This document shows, one piece after another, positions 12,221-21,968 of a stretch of DNA of 64,000 bases; the stretch's first letter is position 1; each line of letters starts with the position of its first letter. Where the stretch lies: assembly GCF_036321535.1 (NCBI RefSeq), contig NC_087438.1:4156001-4220000 (forward strand). The letters are read 5' to 3'. Below the pieces are notes generated by a model, which did no database searches, was not told the DNA's origin, and saw only the letters and a program-made list of their open reading frames with translations. Made by a program: the position numbers and the translations under genes. Origin of the DNA: Camelus dromedarius. Lineage: Eukaryota.

Positions 12221-14043
12221 TGTATGGACGGCAAAGTGAGGTCACCGGGAAGAGAGAGACCATTTTTGTGGGATGTCCACAGAGGAAATTACTGACTTCT
12301 TCTGGGCTAAAGGCCAGCCATGATTGAAACTGGGTTGTCTTCTAGTAACAGTTCAAGAATCCAGAATTACGTTTGGTTCTTCTAAAATTACACTGTCGTG
12401 CAGGGATAGCCAACATGGTGGAGTAGGAAGACGCTGAGCTCACCTCCTCCCACAGGCACACCGAAACTACAACTATTTACAGAACGACTATTGATGAAAA
12501 AGACCAGACCTCCCACAAAGATTCTTTACAAATGAAGATATAAAAAAGGAACCACAGCAAGTTGGGTTGGAGGGCGGAGCTGTGACATAATCAAGCCCCG
12601 TTCCAGGGTGGATGGCCCACAGACTAGAGGGCAATTCCAACTGCAGAGGTTCCTGCACAGAGTGAGGGGTCTGAGCTCCACACTGGGCTCCCCCGCCCAA
12701 GGGCCCTGTGACAGGACGACGAGCCCCCAGAAGGTCTGGCTTTGAAGGCCAATGGGACTTACTTTGGGGAGACCCAGAGGGCTGGGAAAAGCAGAGACTT
12801 CATTCTTAAAAGGCAGACACAAAATCTCATGTGCTCTGGGACCCAGGGCAGAAGCATTAATTTGAAAGGAACCTGGGTTAGACCCACCTGCTGGTCTCAG
12901 AGAATCTCCCGGAGAGGCAGGAGGTAACTGGAATTCACCCTGTGGACACAGACACTGGCAGCACCCATTTTAGGAGCTTGTTCTACCACATGGGCATGGG
13001 TGCTGGCCAGCACCATCGTGGGATCCTCCCTCAGGCTCAGTAGCCTCAGCACGCAGCCGGATGTCCACCCGATGGCTAGTAGGCACCAGCACTGGGAGCC
13101 TCGGGCCAAGCAGCTAAATGGGCAGGGACACAGCCCCCATCTACCAACAGACAGGCTGCCTTAAGAGCCCAGAGCCCACTCTAACTCTGGGCACTGTCCT
13201 GTCCACCAGAACGCCCAGCACCAGATTGCACAAACCAGTGTGCAGGCACTAGACCTGGGACGTCAAGGGCCCTGCAGAGACTCTGGGACCAAGCTCCACC
13301 CCCCCAGAGGGAAGGCACCAGCCCCAGAATCTCTGCCCCACCCTTCAGTGAGCCTGCTGTAGCCTCAGGACCAGCCTCACCCTCCAGCGGGTCAACATGA
13401 GCCCCAGGACAACTACAACTCTGCAATCTGTGGACCTAGCCTGCCCACCCACAGGCCAACATGTCCACAGGCTGACTGAGCCCTAGTCCTGATCGCCAAA
13501 ATGAGTTTTGAGACACCCTGGAATTTACAGCCACTGTGACAGGAACTGACCCCACCCAACAGCAGTGTGACACCAACTCTGGAATCCCAGGACCTGGCTC
13601 TGCCTGCCAGAGAGCCGGCACTAGTCCCAGGACTGGGCTTCACCCACTCATGGGCAGGCACCACCCCCAGAATCTTCTGTACCTAACTCTACCCACCAGT
13701 GAGCCAGCATTAGCCCTAAGGCTCCCAGGGCTCCACAGCCAGCCTCCTTGTGACCTGGCTCTGCCAATCAGTGGACAGCAGCCTCTGCACAAGGCAGGGC
13801 CTGGCAAACAGACTGAGGACCAGCCAAGCTTACAGACCACCCATAGCAGACAACCTGCCACAACAGAAGGACACACACAGCCCATAAAAGGGGCACCCCT
13901 GGAGCATGCAGCCCTGGTGATGAGAGGGGAGTGCACTGCTGGGATGCATATAGAATGTCTCCTACAAAAGGCCAGTTCTCCATGATTGTGAAATGTAACC
14001 AGCTTATCATATACATAGAAATAAAAACAGCCAGTTAGGCAAA

Positions 14044-14727
14044 ATGTGGAGACAGAAGAACATGTCCCAAAAGAAGGAACAAAATAAAACCCCAGAAGAA
14101 CAAAGTGAAATAGAGACAGGCAATCTATGTGAGAAAGTGTTCAAAGTAATGATCACAAAGATGATCAAAGAACTCAGGAGAATGGATGCATGCAGCAAGA
14201 AGTTAGAAGTTTTTATCAAAGAGTTAGAAAATATAAAGAACAATCAAACAGAGATGAGGAATACAATACCTGAAATGAAAAATTCACTGGAAGGAATCAA
14301 CAGTGGACTAAACGATACAGAGAAAAGAATCAGCCAGCTGGAAGACAGTAGTGGAAGCCATTGATACTGAATAGAAAAAAGGAAAAAGAATGAAAAGAAA
14401 TGAGGACAGTTTAAAAGGCTTCCAGGACACTGTCATGTGTACTAACATTTGCATTATAGGGGTTCCAGAAGAGAGAAAGAAAGGAGCAGGGGACGTGTTT
14501 GAAGGTACAATAGCTGAAAACTTCCCTAACTTGGGAAGGGAAGCAGACGTCTAAGACACCCAGGAAGCACAGAGCGTCCCCAACAGGATCAACCTAAAGA
14601 GGACCACATCGCGTTGTAATTAAGATGGCAAAAACTGAAGAAAAAGAGTCAGGGAGGGTACAGCTCAGTGGCAGAGCACTGTGCTTAGCACGCACAAGGT
14701 CCTGGGTTCAATTTCCCAGTACCTCCA

Positions 14728-14770
<43 letters not shown>

Positions 14771-15110
14771 ATACCCAATTACCTCCTCTCCCCTACCCCC
14801 CCAAAAAAAAGAGAGAAAGAAAGAAAAAGAGAGAATGTTAAAAGTAACAAGGGAAAAGCAACAAATTACACACAAGGGAACACCCACGAGGCTCTCAGGG
14901 GACCTTTCAGCAGACGCTCTGCAGGCCAGAGGGAAGGGGCGCCATATGTTCAAAGCGACAAAAGAAAAAATCTGCAACCGAGAATACTCCACCTAGCAGG
15001 AGTCTCATTCAGTTTTGATGGAGATACCAAAGTTTCACAGAAGAATCAAAGCTGAATGAGTTCAGTACCACCAACCATCTTTACAAGAAATGTTAAAGGG
15101 ATTTCTCTAA
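14044..15110 (+). pseudogene. L1 ORF1p remnant (frameshifted, interrupted by a SINE)
   Basis: MWRQKNMSQKKEQNKTPEE...FKVMITKMIKELRRMD...NNQTEMRNTIPEMKNSLEGINSGLNDTEKRISQLED is the ORF1p coiled coil. Later AACATTTGCATTATAGGGGTTCCAGAA encodes the NI-IIGVPE motif. Confidence 0.93.
14652..14820 (+). mobile_element. tRNA-derived camelid SINE (Vic-1 type) inserted in L1 ORF1
   Basis: GGGAGGGTACAGCTCAGTGGCAGAGC (A box), GGTTCAATTTCC (B box), (TAAA)n, CCCAATTACCTCC tail. The 11-bp TSD AAGAAAAAGAG lies at 14638-14648 and 14821-14831. Confidence 0.92.
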
Positions 15111-15402
15111 TTGAAAAAAAAAAAAGGCCGCAACTAGAAACATGGAAGTTATGAAAGGAAAAGCTCATCAGTAAAGGCAAGTGCCCAGGAAAGGCAATCG
15201 GCCAGTTGTGTGTGAAGCTGGAAGGAACACAGACAGGCGCAGGCAGCAAAACCTCCTTCATCCACAACGAGAGTAAAGGGACACCCGACACGATCAGACG
15301 CAAAATACCACGTCGAACCAGGGATTCCGAGGGGAGGGGGTACAAGTACAGGGCTTTTTAAATGTGTTTTAAATTAAGAGACCAGCAGCTTCAAACAATC
15401 AT

Positions 15403-15434
<32 letters not shown>

Positions 15435-15460
15435 ACATACACACATACACACATATACAG
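15403..15460. repeat. (CA)n microsatellite in the L1 inter-ORF spacer
   Basis: Directly visible. Confidence 0.97.
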
Positions 15461-15641
15461 ATTCCTACATATAAACTTTTTGATAACCACAAACCAAAAC
15501 TCTGTAATAGACACATACACAAAAAAGAAAAAGGAATCCAAACATAACACTGAAGATTTCCACCAAATCACAAGAGCAGAGAATAAAAGAGGAATGGGGG
15601 ACAAAAAGACCTACAAAAACAACCCTGAAACAATAAACAAA

Positions 15642-17118
15642 ATGGCAAAAAGACCACATACAGCGATAATCACCTTAAACGTAAATGGACTAAGTGCTCT
15701 AATCAAAGGATACGGAGTGGCCGAATGGATACAAAAGCAAGACCCTTCTACATGCTGCCTACAGGAGACTCACTTCAGAGCCAAGCTACACGCAGACTGA
15801 AGGTCAGGGAATGGAAAAAGATACTCCATGCAAATGGAAATCAAAAGAAAGCCAGAGTAGCAATATTTATATTAGACAAAATAGGCATTAAAATAAAGAC
15901 TGTTCTAGGAGATTAAGAAGAACACATCAGGAAACAATCCAAGAAGATACAGCAATTGTAAATATATATGCACCCAACACAGGAGCACCTAAATACATAA
16001 AGCAAATATTAATGACATAAAGGGAGAAATTGACTGTACCATAATAGTAGTAGGGATTTCAACGCCCTACTTACATCAGTGGACAGATCATCCAGACAGA
16101 ATATCAGTAAAGGAACACTGGCCTTAAATAACACATTAGATCAGATGGACTTAACAGACACATATGGAATATTCCATCCCAAAGTAGCAGAATATACATT
16201 CTTTTCAAGTGTGCATGGAACATTCTCCAGGAGAGGTCACATGCTAAGCTACAAAACAAGCCTCAGTAAATTTAATAAAATTGAAATCATATCAAGCATC
16301 TTTTCCAACCATAACTATGAGACTAGACATCAACTAAAAGAAAACTGGAAAAAACACCAACATGTAGAGGCTAAAAAATGTGCTACTAAATAACCAACGG
16401 ATCACCAGAGAAATCAAAGGGGAAATCAAACAATACCAGGAGACAAATGAAAATGAAAACACAACAGTCTGAAGTCTATGGGCTACAGCAGAAGCAGCTC
16501 GAAGAAGGGAGCTGACCTCAGGAAAGAAGGAAAATCTCGAATAAACAATCTAACCTTACCACTAAAGGAAATAGAACGGGAAGAACAAACAAAACCCACT
16601 TAGTAGAAGGAAAGAAATCAGAAATTTCAGAGATATGAACAGACTGATTACCAGTGATGAAGTCAAATCAGTAATTTAGAAACTCCCAACAAACAAAGGT
16701 CCAGGATGAGACGGCTTCACAGGTAAATTCTACCAAACATTTAGAAAAGAGTTAACACTTGTCCTTCTCCAACTATTACAAAAAATTTCAGAGAAAGGAA
16801 CACTTTAAAACTTATTCTGTAAGGCCAGCATCACCCTGATGCCAAAACCAAACTTAGACGTCACAGTAAAAGAAAATCATCTATGATGAACACAGATGCA
16901 AAAATTCTCAATGAAATTTTAGTAAACCATCCCCAATGATACATTAAAAGGATTGTATACTATAATCAAGGAGGAGTTATCTCAGGGATGCAAGAGGGGG
17001 TCAAAATCTGAAAATCAATCAATGCGATGCACCACATTAATAAGCTGAAGAATAAATACTATATGATCATCTCAAAAGATGCAGAAAAAGCCTTTGATAA
17101 ATTAAAATTCAACACCCA
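15642..17118 (+). pseudogene. L1 ORF2p remnant: endonuclease and start of reverse transcriptase, with multiple stops and frameshifts
   Basis: IITLNVNGLSALIK, CCLQETHF, WKKILHANGNQKKARVAIFILDKI, EYTFFSSVHGTFSR, HHINKLKNKYYMIISKDAEKAFDK. Confidence 0.95.
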
Positions 17119-18019
17119 GGAGACCATGACAGGATTGTTGAAGAGAAAGGTTCAGCATCATCAGGAACAAGTGAGTTTTGTTCGCATAGTTGCGCTCCAT
17201 GCTGAGCGCTCATGAATGGCAATCTGCTTCTCTTTCATCAAACCTGGCAACCACTCTGCAACCAGTAGCAAGAATGGCCGTCCCTGTTTTCCAGCTAAAA
17301 TTCACAGAACAAGTAGTCACTTGGTGCGACACAATTCCTCACCCAGCAAATGGGAATCACGGGGTATGGAGATATATTGTCTGTGCAGACATGATCTGTG
17401 GTGGGCTGGTTATTACTGCAATTTAACCCTCAACTTTGTAATGAAAAGGTTACACTGTATAAAATGCTTTGGGCTCCTGAGAGACACTAAACTATGTTAC
17501 AGTGATCTGTGGACCCAGCAGAAACAGCTGACACAAGGTGACAACTTTCATAAAACTCAGACACACAGAGTGAGGAGTGCTGGTTGAACTGCTGAGTAAG
17601 AAATTTAGTTATTTAAGAGTTAAGTGCCAAAAAAAAAAAAAAAGAGCTCCGTGCCTTCCCTGTCACACCACTACCCAAAAATGCCAGTTTATCTTTTTTT
17701 TTAAATGGACCTAGTCATCTTAGGTGATCTGAAACTCTCTCCTTTATCTCTCCTCTTCCTATTGAGACACCAATAAAATGAGGGTAAAATGATTACCAGA
17801 GAGAGAGAATATAACAAAGAGAAAGACAGAAAGACAGAGGAATAAATGCACAATGTCAAAGAGAACAGAAGGAGACTCTCAACAAATAAGAAATGTCAAC
17901 ACATTCCAGGAAGCTTAAAAAGCGATAATACAGGGGAAAAAATTATGCCTTGAAATTCACAGAAATGGGATAGAGCAGAGAATAGGAATAACAGTTTTGA
18001 GGACAATGATTGCAGCGAC

Positions 18020-18270
18020 CACAGTGTCAGCTAACATGTGTTGAGTGGGGATCAGGTGCTAAGCCCAGCAGTAAACCTCTGACGCACATTTTCACGTCCA
18101 GTGCTTACAGCAGTCCTGGAAGGTCAGTGCGGTTACTATCTCCATTTGTGGTTGAGGAGGTGGAGGCACAGAGAGGTCGCATAGCTTGTCCAAGTTCATA
18201 GGGCTGGTAAGCACGGGAGCCACAATGGGTACCCAGAAGGTCTGGCTTCCAATCTCATGCGGTACTGTAT
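18020..18270 (-). mobile_element. MIR SINE relic
   Basis: TACTATCTCCATTTGTGGTTGAGGAGGTGGAGGCACAGAGAGGTCGCATAGCTTGTCCAAGTTCATA. Confidence 0.8.
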
Positions 18271-18539
18271 TTCTTATATCATATATAATGTCCCCCAAAG
18301 GGGGATAAACTGCACAGAACCTAAGAGAAGCTCTAGACCCAGAAACGGTGAGGATTGTGGGTGGGTGCGAAGGGGGAGCCAGAAACAAGTTTGGAAGATG
18401 GAGAAATTGAAAGTGTCACCATGAAATATCTGCCTGAGTTGGCCCTCCAACTCCCTGCCCTCATCCCCACATTTTGGTGAACACAGAGCACTAACACTCC
18501 ACATGCCTCCAGGAAACGTAGATATGATAGACGCATGGG

Positions 18540-18680
18540 GGGATGGATGGACAGACAGACAGCAAACGGATGGTTGGATGGATGGATGGATGGATGGATG
18601 GACGGACAGACAGACGGGTGGGTGGATGGATGGGTGGATGAATGGATTGATGGACAGATGGATATATAGATAGACAGATG
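18540..18680. repeat. Compound (GGAT)n/(GACA)n simple repeat
   Basis: Directly visible. Confidence 0.95.
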
Positions 18681-19074
18681 AATTAAACCTTTTCCTCAAA
18701 TCCAGTCACTCACTCATTTACTCTAGAGTAAGCCCTGTCAGTCAACCAGCCTCCCCTACATCCACAGAACTCTCCAGAAAGTTTCATATTCAGAGGACAG
18801 ATTTCCACACACAACTGCAGAGGAAACTGTCACCAACTATCAGGACACATCAACCCATCTGGGATCCCTGAAATTACCAGACTGCAAGGATCATGAAACA
18901 TGAAGCAAGTCATCATCAGAAAGAAAAGGGACAGAGCAGAGAAACTGTCAGTTCAACTGGCCTCTGGGGGGAGGACTGGGGATGTGATGTTTCAGAGAAG
19001 ACCCTCCAAATAAAACACCTCTGAGTAGGTTCCTCAGAGTGACCTGTGAAATCATCACATCCACCAAACGCGTT

Positions 19075-19330
19075 GTCATGACCTGCTCCCCTGCTTCCTT
19101 CAGGCCAATGTTCCCATGTCACCGTGTCATCGAGGCCTTTCTCGTCTGCAGTCTATGAAATAGCCCCCCTCCTCACCCTTCCCAGCCAGCCCTGGAGCTC
19201 CCCGCCATCTCACCTGTACGTCTGCCCCCACAGAGCTCTGCACCATGGGGCACACCGAGAATCGCCTCATTTGTTCACTTCCTGTGGGTCCCCCGCGTAT
19301 GATGTCAGCTTTGTGAGAGCAGGGGACTTG
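19075..19330 (+). mobile_element. LINE-2 3' relic
   Basis: CTGCTTCCTTCAGG...ATGTCACC...GAGGCCTTTC and ATGTCAGCTTTGTGAGAGCAGGGGACTTG resemble the L2 3' end. Confidence 0.65.
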
Positions 19331-19653
19331 TTGGGCTGGCAAGTCTGAAATGGTCAGGGCTGTCTGGTAAGCTGCAGAACCAGGAAAGAGTTGATGCCAC
19401 AGTTGGAACTTGAAGGCAGTCTGGAAGCAGATTCCCTCTCCCTCAGAGGGCACCAGGCTGTTCTTTTAAGGCCTTCAGCTGATTAGACCAGGCCCACCCA
19501 TAGCATGGCAGGCCATCTGCTTCATTTAAAGTCTGTGATTTAAATGCTAATCTCATCAGAAAAAATACCTTCACAGTGACGTCTAGGCTGGTGTTTATCA
19601 GATGCCGGGGTGCCCTGGCCTAGAGAAGTTGATATGTAGAGTTAATATCAACA
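19331..19653 (-). mobile_element. MLT2 (ERVL) LTR fragment
   Basis: GGCTGGCAAGTCTGAAAT, AAGGCCTTCAGCTGATTAGACCAGGCCCACCCA, ATTTAAATGCTAATCTCATC, ATACCTTCACAG. Confidence 0.88.
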
Positions 19654-19829
19654 GTGTGGGAGGATCCCAGGAAAGGGGCACCGATGAACCGTTGGAAAGA
19701 AGTGGAGTGGGATAAAGATCCAAATCAGGAAGGGCTGTTGGTGTCTTACAAGGCAGAGACTGATAGGGATGCTCACAAGAGCAGTTTCTGGAAGCTCTCA
19801 AGTTCTACCACAAACAGAGACAGAATCTA

Positions 19830-20130
19830 AACCCAAACGACAGTCTGCTGACTCTCCCTATGAAACACATGTCACCTGTCCCTTCCTCTCCCCGCTTTGC
19901 CGCCACTACCTTCCGGACCCCTGACCTCTCCCTGCACTGGACAACCTCAGCATCCCCTGAGCTCCAGGCTCCCTGGGTCTCAGTCCCCGTTCCCTCCGCC
20001 TGACCACCTATTGCCAGAAGGAAACCAACCCCCGTCTCCTCCACAGCCTCATCCCTCCCTCTCCAGAGAGTCACTTTTGCCGCTTGCTTCATGGCGCCCC
20101 CCAGGCTGAAATGCCTCCCCCCTGCCTACC
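19830..20130 (+). mobile_element. LINE-2 relic
   Basis: Pyrimidine-rich CCTGTCCCTTCCTCTCCCC..GCCACTACC..CTGGACAAC..GGCTCCCTG pattern. Confidence 0.5.
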
Positions 20131-21680
20131 CTCCCAGGCCCATGGGCGCCTGCATCCCACACAGGCCGCGTCACAGCACTAAGCATCTCCCCGCGTGATG
20201 CAGCCTGTTGTCACCCGTGGCCGCACGCGTGTTAGCTCGCCTCCTCCACGCTAATGAGGACGGGTCTTCCCTAGTGCCATGCGCATGTCAGTCACCCGAC
20301 TAAGGCCTGTGACCTGTCAGAGCGAAAGCAGCAGAGAAGATTAAATATTCTATTTTTATCTTGGTCTTGGTGTCTTTTAGAACCCATGTTTATGCTTTTA
20401 AGTTTAATTGTGTCAATGTATTAGAGGAACATATATTTTCTATTTTAATTGCAAGTTTCACCTCTAATTCTTGCAATTTTTATACCCATATTTAGATGTT
20501 ACTAAATAACTAAATCCCCTAAAGTGATACAATGTATTTAAGTATTTTCAGATGGTAAGAGAACCTACAGTGCCCAAGGGGGCAAAAGAGCAAGGAAGAA
20601 CACAGGCAGCCCAGTTCAGAGCATGCTGGCCGGGTCTGGCCATCAGCCTGCAAGTCTGTGAGTCACAGACTGAATCTGAAGATGTCAAGCGTCAGCCTCC
20701 TAACTCCCCCGCATTAGTGCTAGCTGAAGGGCTCTCAGGGGTCCCCGGTTGTGCATCCTGCCTCCAGGATGTCGGCAGCGATCGGTTCCTCCTAGCATCT
20801 CCAGTGAGCAGCTCTGGGAAAGGGTGAGAGGAAGTCCTGATAATTCTCACTGTTGCCTCCAGTGCTTTTAATCAGTGCTAAGAAGGCTGCTGCCAAACTG
20901 GCACTAATTACACAGCCCTCAGAAGCACGGCTGGGTTTACTGCAGCCCTGCGCCGACGAGGCTGTGAACAAGAGTGTTTCTGCTTTCTGTGCAGAGACTA
21001 TACCTGTCTTTGTGGTTGAACAAAGCGGGGGGTATGAGGGGCCCCACAGGCAGAGGAGCTATTGGGGGGGACTCTTTTGGAGCTGGGGGAAGCTGGTGGG
21101 GGAGGTGGGGCAGCCTCAAGGCGTCAGACCCAGCCTAGCACCCACGGCGGGGTCTTCCTAGGGGCTCAGCTCCATCCCACCTAGTTTCCCAGCCCCACAA
21201 GCTGCTGGAGCTTTTTTTCTGCCATGAAACTTACGTTGCAGAGACTAGATCCCTGATTCCCGTGTCGGTGGCCCCTGCACCTGCTGGCTTGGCCAGATGG
21301 AGGTACCATCTCCCTCTTTAGAACTTGCGATTGTCCCCTTCTTGCTCAAATACAGCCCGTCAAAGTCCCTAGACTTAATTTAATGCTGTTCCATGGCCCC
21401 AGCAGCAGGGGGTGCCGACAGGAAGACAGGTCAGCTAACCTGACTTGAACTTGTGTGACTTTTCACTCAGCAACACTAAACGGAGGACTGAAAGGAGGCG
21501 TCTTCTTATTTACTTCCCACTGCAGTCTCAGCCCCCACTGGTTCTATTTATAATCTACCCATTAGTTCTCTTAGGGACGGAGTCTGATCACAGCTGCTTA
21601 CTGAGACAAAAGACAAAATGCTCGCCGGGGTGGTCAGTGTCCTCTAACAAGAGACCCCAACTCCACATCCAGTTCCAGCA

Positions 21681-21968
21681 TGCTGTGGGCTAAATGATGC
21701 CCCCAAATCTGTCTGTTGAAGCCCTCACCCCCGTGCCCCAGAACGTGACTGTATTTGGAGATGTGGCCTTTGAAGAGGAAAAGTCAGTCAAAATGAGGTC
21801 ACTGGGGTGGGCACCAATCCAGCGTTGCCAGTATCCTTATATGACAAGGAAATGAGGACACAGAGAAACACCAGGGCAGAAGCTCACACAGAGAAGCCCC
21901 TGCGAGGAGTCAGCAGGGGGACAGCTGTCCACAAGCCAGAGACAGAAGCCTCAGGAGAAACCAACGCT
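21681..21968 (+). mobile_element. MLT1A-type MaLR LTR, 3'-truncated
   Basis: TGCTGTGGGCTAAATG...GTTGAAGCCCTCACCCCC...GTGACTGTATTTGGAGAT...AAATGAGGTCA...GCCTCAGGAGAAACCAAC. Confidence 0.9.

Larger units (their letters stand above)
12402..17118 (+). mobile_element. LINE-1 with 5'UTR, ORF1 and 5' half of ORF2; 3' end absent
   Basis: Starts with CCAACATGGTGGAGTAGGAAGAC, like the CAAGATGGCGG L1 5' end. Then a 1.6-kb 5'UTR, ORF1 and ORF2 remnants. L1 similarity stops abruptly after DAEKAFDK..IQHP. Confidence 0.95.

Noticed and set aside
13180..13830. Spaced repeat array superficially like CRISPR
   Set aside because: Eukaryotic DNA. The units are degenerate L1 5'UTR monomers and no cas genes are present.
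14652..14726. tRNA-like sequence with A and B boxes
   Set aside because: It is the head of a SINE (TAAA tail, TSD), not a tRNA gene.
17119..17643. Possible processed pseudogene or L1 transduction ending in the A-run at 17629-17643
   Set aside because: No poly-A signal before the run, no matching TSD, no recognisable coding remnant, and it seems to contain MIR-like old genomic sequence.
17700..18950. Possible HAL1/old L1M 5' region around the MIR and the GGAT repeat
   Set aside because: Purine-rich and suggestive, but the similarity is too weak to support by eye.
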